A stretch of 62,000 bases of DNA, from contig MU053431.1 in the NCBI GenBank assembly GCA_013239625.1, positions 620,001 through 682,000 of the forward strand, written 5' to 3'. A model generated the notes under the pieces. The model worked only from the letters and a program-made list of their open reading frames with translations, made no database searches and was not told where the DNA came from. Positions 1 through 11,495 of this stretch are shown piece by piece. The stretch's first letter is position 1; each line of letters begins with the position of its first letter. The position numbers were made by a program, and so were the translations under genes. The DNA is from Lama guanicoe. Its lineage: Eukaryota.

Positions 1-295
1 TATAAACCACAATACCTTTATTAGACTTCAGAAAGGAAGCGCCTCTCTTTTTAAAAAAAATTTTTTTTTGACGGAAGTAGTGGGGCTGGAACCTGGGACC
101 TCATGCATGCCCAGCAGGCGCTCTACCACTGAGCGCCTCCCCCGCGTCCTCTCTTAACAGCATCTAACAACACATCCATATTCAAATTTCTCCAATTGCC
201 CTAAAAACGTCTTCTTACGATTGGTGTGTTCAAATAAAAATCAGACAAGGAGCACAGCTCACGTTTGGCAGCTGTGTCGCTTGGCCTTTTCATCA
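1..295 (-). mobile_element. Old L1 3' UTR fragment (L1MC4/L1MC5-like), interrupted by a SINE
   Basis: 'ccatattcaaatttctccaattgccctaaaaacgtcttcttacgattggtgtgttcaaat...' resembles the recalled antisense L1MC 3' end; similarity is present on both sides of the SINE. Confidence 0.6.
50..143 (-). mobile_element. tRNA-derived SINE, Vic-1-like (camelid)
   Basis: Reverse complement reads GGGGGAGGCGCTCAGTGGTAGAGCGCCTGCTGGGCATGCATGAGGTCCCAGGTTCCAGCCCC..., i.e. A box and B box followed by an A-rich tail. Candidate TSD: gcgcctctctt (39-49) / gcgtcctctctt (144-155). Confidence 0.85.
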
Positions 296-871
296 AGCAG
301 CGCGGCCCCGTCACGGACGTGGGGGGAGCACGCCTCCTTGTAGGCTGCGCGCTAGCCCGGCCGCGCGGGTGTGGCTCCCCGGCTTTCCGATGAGGAGACC
401 GAGGCTCCAGGAGTTCCCAGAGCTCAAAGCAGCGGCTGATGGGCACAGTCACTGGTGTTAAAACAAGGCTGGTTTCCATCTCAAAACAGAGCTTTTTCTG
501 CCACTTTGTCCTTTGAAGAGCAGAGGAGGAAACGCACCACAACTTCTTCTCTGCGTTTTGAAAAGCACCTGTTACCCTGGCTTCCATCGCACCCCGGCAG
601 AGCGCCGTTATTTCTGTCAAAGAGGGAGGACGGGCAAGGGAGACAGCGACCACCCCACCCCGAGGGACAAGCAGGGGTGTTTGTGCCTCCGACCCGTGCC
701 AGGCGGGAACTCTCCAGTGAAGAAGTAAGACCGAGGCCGTTGTCTTCAAAAGAGCAGGGCTTTCCTTGGGGGGCAGGCACAGAGCAGCGGCAGAGCACGC
801 GCTTGGCCTGGGCTCACTCCCCAGTCCCTCCATTAGAAAAAGAAAGAAAGAAACCTAATTGCCCTCCTCCG

Positions 872-873
<2 letters not shown>

Positions 874-902
<29 letters not shown>
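874..902 (+). repeat. Poly(A) tract, A29
   Basis: Run of 29 A residues read directly. Confidence 0.9.
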
Positions 903-3794
903 CACGACAGGGGTTTTCAGACTATGCAAACGACCAAAATCGAGGATCAGAACTCCTTCTCTATTTACAAACTCCAACATCTACCCAGTAAGTGACTGGC
1001 AAAAGTGTCGGGGCTCCCGAGTGCCCTGCGCTGCGCAGACACGTGTTTCCGCTCCTCCCCAGCCCACTCCTTGCAAAGGGCATGCGCTGGAGCCCCCTTG
1101 GTCGCTCCGGGACGGTGGGAAGTCGTGGGAACCGCCCCGGGTGAATTCAGGTCCACAGGGACTGCTCTGTCCTCCAGCTTCTTCCGGGCCCGCTTGCTGT
1201 GCGGGGAGGGGCTCAGGGTCCCAATGTCGGGCACGCGGCGGGGAAGAGCCGGGCAGCTCCGAGAACGGGGCTGCAGGCGCTCGGCCGTGCGCGCCTAGCC
1301 TGCGGCTTCTTCCCTGCTGCCGCAGCTCAGGAGTTCACGCCTGGGCCCCGGACGCCTGGTGGATAAACTGTGAAACTCCATGTTCCCGAACATCCCGTGG
1401 GTGTTTGATACTCGACGCGAAGACTTCCAAATCTCTTGACCGGTTTTCTTAGATCTGGTGGCCTCTTACACTGCACCCAGCCGGATCCCTGGAAAGGGAC
1501 CGACTGCAGCCGGGCGTCTCGGAAGAGCAGCCCGGAAGATGCCTGTGCCGAGGGGGAGAGGGCCGCTTCAGGGGCCTCGCAAATTGGAGCCTCCTGGGAC
1601 CCCATAAACATGGAGCCTCACACCAGCCGAGGATCTGGGTGTGAAACTCGAAAATCTCCCTGCTCCAAAGGTGGTTTTGAACCATTTTCCACTCTTCAGT
1701 TCAAATTTCCAAAATTCTTCCAATGAACAAGGTTTTCTTATAAATAGAAACTAGACAGAGTGACGTGAGAGTCCGATTAATGAAAACGCGAGAGACAGAT
1801 TAACACGTGTTGGGAGCCAGTTCAGGGCCAGCACGTGAGAACAGGTGTAACGGGCTGCCCTGATGAGCCAGGCAAAGAGCACGCGTCCCTGTAAAAGGGG
1901 ACTGACCTCGACTGGTGATGTTGCAATAACGCACCAGCCAATGTGAGAGGAGACCGAGCTCAGCTTCTAGTCTCTGTTGCAGTTGGAAGATTTCATTCTT
2001 CTCTGATTTGACAACACAACCCACTTCCAAATGGGATCCAAAGACTAGTATCCCCTGACCATAGGTCTAAAAACTCCAACTAGGACGATTTTGCAGGCCA
2101 GAACCCTAGAAGAGCTGAGTCAAGCCTTTGGGTGCTCTGGGACGCTGCCGGCTTTTCCTGACACGCCATCCGTGTGGGATTGAGTGTTCATGCATTAGGG
2201 ACTTTCACTGATGGGACCTTGGTTGGCAATGAGATGAGTTTAGACAAAATCAATCAGAATTGTGAACAATACGGGAAAGCTTGGTGACTGCACTGTTATC
2301 GGTGTCCCCAGACTGCTGGCGTCACCGTCGGAGCACGACCTCGCTCTGGGCCAGACTTCTCCACTCTGCGCCAGGGGTACCTTCCCCGGCTCCCGTCAGC
2401 TGCGCCCACAAAATCCAGTCAATTCTGACAGTGAGTGTTCCATCAGGAAGAGGGCATCCTTTGCCCCGCGTCCCCACGCTGAAGACCCATCCCTGGAAAT
2501 GCAGCCCCGAGCCCGTCCGTGGGAACATCGATCACAAACCAAGCAGCGATTCACTCAGATTTATTGGCATAACTTGATGAGGCAGCCAGGAATCTCCAGG
2601 AGCGGGCCGTTGATGATGAGTCAGACGGCGGGAAACACACCTCTTTCTGCTGGATTTCACGCTGACGTGGCGATTCACCCACAGCCGTGGATGGGACATG
2701 TGGTAACTCACGTGGAGGGCTCCTCAAGATGCAAAGTCACATTTCCCTCCACTTACAGCTTGAGGCAGCTAATCAGCCTAACTCCCAAGTCCAAGAGAGC
2801 CTTCTGGAAAGCCCCGGTACAACACTCTCTTTGAGCAGCCCTGTCGTTTCTGTGCACTAAACCCTCTGTGGAGTTCGCGCTGAGTTATGGGTTTGGGAAG
2901 AGGTTCGTTTCCAGGATACTTTTTTATGGAATCTCCCAGTGGTGCTTCCGCGATCGGCGTCCAGGTTGTTGTCATCGGCACCTGCAGGGCTGCTTGGAGT
3001 TGAGTGATTGCACGCAGCAGCTCCAGAGTTCACCCTCTCCGTGATCCTGGGATTAGAAAAAGGCGCTTGATGTGAGCTGACCATATGGTACCTTGGCAAA
3101 TGCTAACATCTATTTAAAAACTCAAACATTGCAATTTCCAAAGGGAAAAAAATGCATGGAAATAATGACAATTAAATCATTAAATTGTTTTGTTTTCTTT
3201 CCTTGAGATTCTATAGTCTCTGCCCAAAGAATCACACTAGCCCTTTGGGTTTTACCAGCTCCTGTAGAACAATACCTCCCTCTGTGTGGCGCTACCTTTA
3301 AATGCCCACTTTGTCACTGAGAAGAAAACCATCCCGCTATTCAAAGGCTTTCCATCCCCTCCAGCCACGTTTCCGGCTGCGTTTATGATTTAAAATTATT
3401 TGAAAATGACGGACGTGAGTCAGATTCAATGCTGATGTGACTCTGTGGCCCTCCCTGTCAAAGGCTGTGACTCAGAACACACAGGTGCGCATCTCTGGGT
3501 GAAGTCCAGATTCCGCCAGCGCAGTGCGTATTTCAGAGAGCAGTCGAAGGAGCGTGAATTGTCCTTGATTCCAAGAACAAAGTTTGTAGTTCCAAACATC
3601 TGCTTCTTACAAAGGACGCCACGTAAACAAGAAGGGCAGGGTTCATGTTCTGAAGACACAGTCTGGTGTTTTTGCCTAAACAACTGCTCCACACAAAAAA
3701 CAGCCATCAGTGGGCGTGACCATCAGTTTGCACCTCTTGGGAGGTGAACACAGGAGGTGCCGGTGTGGCAGTGGCAGAGAGAGAGGCCCAGAGG

Positions 3795-4265
3795 GAGAGC
3801 GTTTGCAAAAGTGGCCCCACTTTGTGCCGTGAAGACCCTTTTTGCAGTGGCTTTGCAGCCCCTCCCATGGAGAGGTGGAGTCTATAGCCTCAGCCCTTGA
3901 CAGTGGATTGGAATCATGGCTGGCTGGGCCTCAGAAGCCTTGAGAGACTCTGCTCACCCTCTGGAACTTGCTCCTGCTATAATAGCAAGCCTGGTGGGCC
4001 CTCTGGAGGAGGTGAGGTTGAGTGGGGAAGAGCCAAGTTACTGTGGCCAGCATCTGCCAATCCCTATAGAGAAAGTGTTGCCTAGGCAACCACATGGACC
4101 TCAGAGGAAGGAGAGGGCCCAGCTGACAGCACGGAAACACCCAGCTCAGCCCAGCCCAAAGGCACGCCTCAGCTTCAAGGGTTAAGTAGCCGGTTTAAGC
4201 TCCTGAGGCAGTGGTTCTAAGCCATCAAATTCTGGAGCGGTTTGTTAAACAGGAAGAGCTGACCA
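3795..4265 (+). mobile_element. MaLR LTR (MLT1 family)
   Basis: MLT1-like 'cccatggagaggtggagtctat...cccttga' near the 5' end and 'aagccatcaaattctggagcggtttgtta...gctgacca' at the 3' end. Confidence 0.65.
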
Positions 4266-4449
4266 GCCCAGACCTGGCAGTAGCCCCCCACTCCTCCTGC
4301 CTCTCGCCTCTCTGTCTCTCTAGCACCACCTCCGCCCCTCTCTCCACAGTCCCCTGAATCCAGCAGAGGAGCCGCAGACCTGCCGCAGCACCTCCGGGGA
4401 GGGGACGGGTCATCCCTGGACATGAGTGGGGGGGACGCAGCTTAGCTCA

Positions 4450-4760
4450 TGTCCGTCAAACGTTGTGGTCCCAGGAACCATTCTCGCCCTTAAAATTTAG
4501 CAAAACTCCCAAAGACCTTCTGCTTGTCTACCGGTACTTACCGTACCAGAAATGGAAGCCGAGGACGTTTCAAGCTCAAGACAATGTGTCACACATGCCC
4601 TTAACCATCACACCGGTGTCATGTTTGTTGTCATGGCTCCTGGAAAGTCCCCTGTTCACTCATGAAAAGTCAGAGCGAGAGAGGAAACCCGCCCTGAGCA
4701 TTGTGACGAGAATGCGCCTTTCTTCATGGACGCCGGGGAAGCCCTGACCTTGCCCGAGAC
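4450..4760 (+). mobile_element. Non-autonomous hAT-Charlie DNA transposon (MER119/Charlie7-like)
   Basis: 'ggtcccaggaaccattctcgcccttaaaatttagcaaaactcccaaagaccttctgc' and 'ctggaaagtcccctgttcactcatgaaaag' resemble the recalled consensus. Confidence 0.5.
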
Positions 4761-5764
4761 GGAAGGACCTGCGCGACCGTGTCACGGAGAGTCCCGAGGC
4801 CTTACGCTGCTTCCCAACTCAGGCTGCAGGGTTTGCGTGTGAAGACGGTGATCAGAATGCAAACACGGAAAGGCTGGCTCGTGAGAAATCTCCACAAAGG
4901 TAAATGCATATGGTTAATAAGCATTCGTATAAACACTCGGAAAATTATTATAATCATGGCATCTCCATGGTAATATTTATTTATAATGAATGATATGCTT
5001 ACAGGGGAGTTTATTGAGCTAAGTGGAGAACTAATTATGGGAAACGTATTTAAATCTTAAATAAAATAGCTCCTGCTCGTTCTAAATGATGATTGTTTGA
5101 AGGCCTTCTGCTCCCTTTTTCCAGTTATGTTTTGAGCCCAGGTCTCCCCCTTGGGAAGGCTCGTGTGGTCCCTCTGCTGTTCAGCTGGCCCGTGGGACTC
5201 CCCTGTCATCAGCCAGACCCTGCGCCATCCCCACCTTCTCAAGCTCAGGCCTCATCCCCCGGGGCATCCTCCGTTCTGGGTGCTTTTCTGTGGATCTTGA
5301 CTTTGACTCTTGGCCAAACTTGCGATCCAAGCCTTTACTCTGCGGCACAGAGGAAGCTGGCGATCAAAGCCATTGAACAACTTGCTCAAAATCATGCAAT
5401 TAGGAAAAAAGAAAAAGAAGAGGTGTTGCCCTCACTTATTCAAGGATTCCCGGATCAGAAGTGTTTGGTTTTCCTCTGCTTTCAGGTCCGGACTTGCTAG
5501 TGGGGGGTACAGAGATGCACTCAGCATCCGCAGAGCCTGAAATAAGGCAGCTTATTCAGCTGGGAGTAGGGGCAGGACGGACTGGGAAACCCATACGTGG
5601 CGACAATTTCGTTGGCAGATGGTGGGTGTCAGTGGGTCTCCTGGGAGCCCCGAGAAGGTGTGGTCGCCTGGCTGTGGAGGTGTGCGAGGCCGCCTGGAGG
5701 AGTGGGGGGGACGGCACTTTCCAAAAGTGGCTTCAAGGGTAGCTTCACACACTTTCATGAGGTG

Positions 5765-6050
5765 ACTTTAAGGCTCCCCCCAGCGAGTAGGTGAGTCTGC
5801 ATCTCCTCCCTTTGAATCTGGGTGGATGGGTGACAACAGAGGAGGGACGCTACATGACCTCAGAGGCCGGGCCATAGAAGGCAGCTGCCCCCTGGAGCCA
5901 GCTGCCGTGCTGTGGGTGAGGTCCCCACGTGCCCGGGGGCGTGGACTCTGAGGACATGGCCTTCGCGGAGCACCCGCCCTGTGACCGGCTCGGTGCAGGT
6001 GCTGGGCTGAAGCCGTCAGAACTTTCACACAAACGCGCGCTGACGCGCCA
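5765..6050 (+). mobile_element. MaLR LTR fragment (MLT1)
   Basis: 'cctccctttgaatctgggtgga...gacgctacatgacctcagaggccgggccatagaagg...ggagccagctgccgtgctgtg' is typical of MLT1. Confidence 0.55.
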
Positions 6051-6744
6051 GCTGTCTGAGGGCTGGAGGGCAGCGTGCAGCGGGACGCAGAAGGCGGGAT
6101 GGTGCGGGGGAGCGGGGCTGCTCGCGCCGTGGTGGGGGAGGGGGGAGCTCTTCTGGGGAGTGGGTGTTTCGGAGAACCCGAGAGCGAGGAAGGACCGGCC
6201 CACAGGAAAGTCTGGAAAGACGCGTTCTCAGTGAGGGAAGGACGTACTCAGACGCTGCAGGGGGACCCACTGTCCCTGCCGCCGCGGGACAGCCGGGAGG
6301 CCGGGGAGCCGGGAACAGACCCTCGGGCCTCGCTCACTCTTGCTAAGGCTCCAGTACTGACTCTGAGGGACTCGGGGCCACTCTAGGGTTCAGAGAACAG
6401 ACAGGACTGGCCCCACCTTTTGGCAGCTGTGAGCGGAAACCATGGGCAGGAAGGGAGACCTGGCTGGAGGGAGGGGATGGCGACTCTGTGGCCATGGAGG
6501 CAGAAAAAGTGGCCAGTTATGTACGGATTAAACATCAGCGGGAGAGCAAGCACGCCTCAAGATGTCCACCGTCCCAGGGAAGTGTCACTCAGGTGGAGGA
6601 AAGTTACCCACCTTCAGACTGAAGATGTTACATTAACGTCAGTCATGTGATCCACAGCCGAACAACCTTGGACCAATTTGTGTCTTAATTACATTCACGG
6701 AAGAGAGGCAAATGCTGTGATAATCAAAAACTAGGACGCCGTGT

Positions 6745-6915
6745 TGGATGGACTCGGGTTTGCAGTGTGACGCTGCCACTGGCCACCCGGGCACTTTGGA
6801 AATTGCTTAACTGCCCTGCACCTCCCTTCCTCCGCCGTGAGTGGCTTGGGTGCTGCACGAGGTCCCAGGAGGACGCCATCAGCGCACAGCGAGTGCTCAG
6901 TGAAGGTCACCGTCT
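6745..6915 (+). mobile_element. MIR SINE
   Basis: Degenerate MIR core 'gctgccactggcc...ttggaaattgcttaactgccctgcacctcccttcctc' and 3' 'gcacagcgagtgctcagtgaa'. Confidence 0.55.
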
Positions 6916-7439
6916 TCATCAACATCGCTGACACACACTCCTGAGAAAATGTACCGTGTATTTAGGATTATGTCCACAAAGTATTGTCCTTACAGTAACA
7001 GGAACCGAGTGGCCCTTGCTCCCTCCCCGTCCCGGAGACGTTGCTGACATTAACGACTTTGCTAAGATGACAAATTTGGGCACTAACCCTTCCTAGGAAG
7101 GAAATCCATTTTCATGGTGGCTCTACGTCCAGGAAGAAAGGTTCGTTGTTCCACAGTTCATTTAATTACAGCTTTAAATAATTTGGATGTTAGAAATCCA
7201 GTTATACCATTAGCTTTTACAGTGGGTTTTTATATTTTTTTCCCCTGGTCCCCATTTCAATTAAGAAATTTCAAGTTTTACAATGGATCGATGGGTGGGT
7301 CCCACATCATTAGTTTAATAGGAACGTTTATATGAGCTTGCAATTTCTTTGTCGATTTCCTTTCCTTTAATTTGTAAAATTATTGGGGAAAAAAGTAAAA
7401 ACCTAATAGAGATAGAACATTTAAAAATATACAGAGTAA

Positions 7440-7655
7440 AACTGTAGAATTAAATGTACACATGAGTGCGTGTGTGCAAGTGAAAACGGAGAGGTCAGAA
7501 GAGAGTGGTGAATTATATCCATATTGGTACCTTGGTTATGATCTTATGCTGGAGTTTTGCAAAGTGTTACCATTGGGGAAGCTTGGTGAAGGGCATATGG
7601 GAATCTCTCTGTGTTATTTCTTACAACTGCATATGTATATATATATAAGAATGTG
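7440..7655 (+). mobile_element. Old L1 3' end fragment (L1MC/L1MD-like)
   Basis: 'ttttgcaaagtgttaccattggggaagcttggtgaagggcatatgggaatctctctgtgttatttcttacaactgcat'; near-paralogous to 17090-17170. Confidence 0.75.
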
Positions 7656-7904
7656 AAGGAGTGTACATTTTATGGCAAAATATCAACTCTTCGATATGAT
7701 AGAACTAATGATTCCCAAAATTTGGGGAAGATGTGGGCTTTTTTTCTCAAATTAACTTAACTAGATGGCCACACGCTCCAAAAATTGCCTGCTATCCTTC
7801 CACTTTCTTTGGTGGTATAAATTTAGTTCTCTAATCATGTATTTCTCCCAAACCTGGTCCTCCAAGCTTGTTTCCTGTTTCTAAAAGCATCATTCTCCTT
7901 TCAG

Positions 7905-8246
7905 AAAAAAAGAAAAAAAGTAGACACTAATGAACTCATCTACAAAACAGAAACAGACCTGCAGACATGGTGAACAATTTTATTGTTACCAGGGGGTAGG
8001 GGGGAAGGGATATACTTGGGGGTTTGCGATTTGCAAAGGTCAGCCACTATATATAAAAATAGGTTTAAAAAGAAGTTTCTTCTGTAGAGCACAGGGAACT
8101 ATATTCAATATCTTGTAATAACCTTTAATGAAAAAGAAAAGGAAAATGAATGTATGTATATGCATGCATGATTGGGACATCATGCTGTACTCCAGAAATT
8201 GGCACATTGTAACTGGCTGTACTTCAATTAAAAAAGAAAAAAGAAA
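7905..8246 (+). mobile_element. 5'-truncated lineage-specific L1 3' end, inserted in an L2
   Basis: 'atgaactcatctacaaaacagaaacagac...gcacagggaactatattcaatatcttgtaataacc...acttcaattaaaaaa' is an artiodactyl-type L1 3' UTR with an A-rich tail. Confidence 0.9.
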
Positions 8247-8249
8247 CAT

Positions 8250-8640
8250 TTGAGAAATAAGCCAAAACCTCAAAGGCCATCCCCTACCCTCTCCCTTACT
8301 CAATTGTCATTGTAAATCCCAAATAAATCCTTTATACAGGCGCCTCCTCCACACCCCTTACACGTGCCTACCCGTCTCCCTCCGGCTGGGCCCAGCTCTC
8401 TGCATCACCTCTCACGTGGGCGGCTGCAGGGACCCCCTCCTCCCATGCTGAGTCTCCTGCCCCCACTCTCCAGGCCTGTCTCCTCTCAGCTGCCAGGACA
8501 ATCCCTTAAACATACAGATCTGACCACATCCCCTCTGCACCAGAGGCCCTTCACATCTCACTCTGCTCTCACCCAAACCCCGGATGGTCAGAGTCAGCCA
8601 GGCAGGCATCTGTTTTCTCCCCCAAACACACTGAAGATTC
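8250..8640 (+). mobile_element. L2 fragment (continues sequence at ~7750-7900)
   Basis: 'tctcctgcccccactctcc...cagctgccaggacaatcccttaaacatacagatctgaccacatcccctctgc' is L2-like. Confidence 0.55.
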
Positions 8641-8819
8641 CCTGGACTGGACTGCAGACTTGCCCCCACCCGCTTCTCCAAATTAGGGCTAAACCTCCCT
8701 CCACATCTCAGTACAAAGGTCGTTTGCTCGGGGAACATCAGGCCAGATGCCTCTGCTACAGATTTCCAGAGTCACAGCCTTCCCTGCAGGACCCTGCAAG
8801 TGTACGTTTTTTTGTGTCT

Positions 8820-9755
8820 GTCTTTTTAATTAGGGTATAAGTTATAGACACTAAAAGGCACAGATCTTAAGTGCTCCATTCAACACGTTTTGACGACTGT
8901 ACAGACCCATGAACTGTGTGCACCTCCCCAGACAAGCACAGCTCCCTTCCGCCACCCACAAAGCCCCTTCGTGCCTCTTTCCAGACCAGCGCCCCCTCCC
9001 CTCCCCGAGAAGCAGCCACAGCTCGGATCCCCATGGATTAGTCAGGTTTTCTCAGACATCACCCTGTGGAACCGCACAGCATGCATGTCCTGCGACCGCG
9101 CGCGCCGCCGGCCCCTCCCATGAGCCGCGCCCCGCTGCGGCCTGCGGCCTGCGGTCTGCGCGTCTCCGCCCGCCGCGTCCCCGGCGAGTATGAACATGAA
9201 GAGGCCGTGCAAGTCCTGCGGACGTGCGTTTTCATCCCCCCGGGTGACTATCTAAAAGCGGAATTCCGGGTCACGGGGATGCCCCGCATTTAACTTTCCG
9301 AGGAACCGCGCAGCCCCGCTGGCCTGCAGGAGCGCGCGGCGCCCTGGTCTCCCGTGCTTGTCCCGTCCGGACGGCCGCCTGCCTGTGGGCGACGGTGCCG
9401 AGCGCCTGGTTCTGCCCTTGCCAGCTGTTCCGAGAGCTTCTTCCGTGAAGTGCACGTGAAGCTGTTTTCCCCATTTTTGCTGGATTGTGTTTCTTGGGCT
9501 GGTTGATTTGTCCGAATTCTGTGTTTAGTCGGATGTGAGTCCTTTGTCAGGGGAATGTCTTGCAAAGTTTTTTCTCTCTTCGTGTATTGCCTACTTACTC
9601 TCTTAATGGCATCTTTTAATAGGCAAATGTTTTCATTTGGATGAAAGTTTGAAGAAGCAAGTTGTCCTTTCCCGGTCAGGGCGCTCTGTGTCGTGCTTAA
9701 AGAGCCTCTGCCCCACCAGTGTCCTGAAGACGTTCTCCCGTGTTTTCTCCTGGAG
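8820..9755 (-). mobile_element. Old L1M 3' region, antisense, with a strongly GC/CpG-shifted interior
   Basis: The 3' end 'ttttaattagggtataagttatagacactaaaaggcacagatcttaagtg' and internal 'tgtatt gcctacttactctcttaatggcatcttttaat...' match antisense L1M. Confidence 0.75.
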
Positions 9756-9809
9756 CTGTGCCCTCCAGCACGGCAGCCACTAGGCACATTCAGCACCAGT
9801 GCCCCCAGG

Positions 9810-10275
9810 TTGGGGGCTCAGCACCGCCATTGCGTTTCACTCATGGTTTTGTAAACCACAGGTTCAGGAAGGGCTCAATTTGGTGATTCGTCTCCGATCT
9901 ACTCGGCGTTGTGCAGGTCTCCTCACTCGTGTGGCCTCTGGGGCTCCTTGAGGTCCCTCTCCTCTCTTCCTCTTGCTCCACAGCATCTCACCCTCCATAC
10001 AGCATGGGCTCCTCAGAACGGTGGTTCTTGGATTTCTTTACATGATGGCTGGACACCTCCCCACCCCACCCCCACTCCGACCTCCAGAGAGAGCGTTCCT
10101 CTCACGACCTAGCCCCAGATTGTCACTTCCACATCATCTTACTGGTCAACCAAATCACTAAGACCAGCCCAAATTCAAGGGCTGGGGAGCAAGAGACTTG
10201 ACCTCTCAATGGGGCTGTGCCATATGTACCCGCAGGGGAAAGAAACGGGTTGCAGCCATCTCAGAACGTTTCCAC
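9810..10275 (-). mobile_element. MaLR LTR (MLT1G/H-like)
   Basis: 'ggatttcttacatgatggct...cacttccacatcatcttactggtcaaccaaatcactaagaccagcccaaattcaaggg...gcagccatct'. Confidence 0.7.
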
Positions 10276-10279
10276 CTTG

Positions 10280-10640
10280 GCCTTGAACCCTGGGAGCATG
10301 TGAAATTCATGTGCTGGTTCTAGCCGTTATGTTTGTAGGCACCATATGTTTTGGATGTGCACGAGCGTATCAACCACTGACAGCAAGTTTTACTTCTTGG
10401 TTTTCGTTTCTGTACGCATTGCCCTTTCGGTTGGTTGGTTGGTTTTCCTTGCCTTGTGTCATGTGCCAGGACTTCCAGGACAACACTGAATGGAAGCAGC
10501 GAGGGGCTACATCGTAGCCTTGCTCCCACCCGAGAGGGGAAGTGGTCGGCGTTGCACGTCTGTGTCACTCTCTGATTCATGGTCGCCTCCGCTGGGCTGC
10601 AAGCCTCGTGACCACAAGAACCACGCCGATTTTGACTCAT
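10280..10640 (-). mobile_element. L1M ORF2 remnant (continuation of the L1 at 8820)
   Basis: 'ttttccttgccttg...gccaggacttccaggacaacactgaatggaagcagcgaggggctacatcgtagccttgctccc' matches antisense L1 ORF2. Confidence 0.6.
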
Positions 10641-11314
10641 CTGCCCAGAACTTAGCCCAAGGCCTGGCCGCGGTGAGCACTCGAAACACACGTGCTGAAT
10701 AAATGACCTTGGTGCTCAGTCTTAATGCTGACTGCTATTCACTTTATTTGACTCTGAGGTTGAGGTTTCAGGGAGAGTCTGTCTGTAAACGAGGGGCTTT
10801 TCCAGCCTGTGTTTCTAGATCACAAACTGAAAAAGAAATAAACACACATTCCACACGTTTGGGGTTTCTTCCACTTGAAAAGAGACACTGAAGACGGTTT
10901 TCCGAGCGGTGGCCCCCTGCTGAGCAGCGCAAATGCTGCATTCCTCTCCTTCTACGTCTGAACGCCAGCCCCGGGGAGGCCTTCCACCACGAAGACAGGC
11001 GTCTTTACGCCTGCCATTGTGTTGGGACAGACGCACGTCTTAGCAGGTGGACATCACAGGAAATGAGACTTCTCCATTCAGCTACCTGAAACGGTCTCAC
11101 CCATTTCGCCAGAGCCCAGTAGCCAGATCGAGTGAGGTTTGGGAGGATGGTGGAGTCCTGTGCCTTTCCTGATCACCTTTTTTTTTTTTTTTTGAAGGCT
11201 GGAGATGTGAACATTATAAGCCTGGCTATTGACCCTGAGATTTCTATAAGGTGGGCAGCTCTGGATGCCTGGACCCCGGCTCCGTCCCGGGAAGGCCAGC
11301 AGGAGACGGGCAGC

Positions 11315-11495
11315 AGAGTGTGTGGCTGGAGCACGAGCCACGTCCTTCTAAAGCTCTGAGTTTGGATCCCTGTTCAGCACTTGGTAGTTGTGTGCCCTTG
11401 TGCAAGTCAGTGGACTTGTCTGAGCCTCGCTGTCCCTACCTGAAAATGAGGATATTTATTCCGACTTCAGTGGATTTTTGTAGGGATTAAATCAT
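11315..11495 (+). mobile_element. MIR SINE
   Basis: 'gagtttggatccctgttcagcacttggtagttgtgtgcccttgtgcaagtc...tctgagcctcgctgtccctacctgaaaatgagg...gggattaaat'. Confidence 0.8.

Noticed and set aside
60..143. Possible tRNA gene
   Set aside because: The A-rich tail, candidate TSD and degenerate stems indicate a tRNA-derived SINE.
830..905. Poly(A) as the tail of a processed pseudogene, or a poly-lysine ORF
   Set aside because: No AATAAA just upstream, no TSD and no recognisable parent mRNA.
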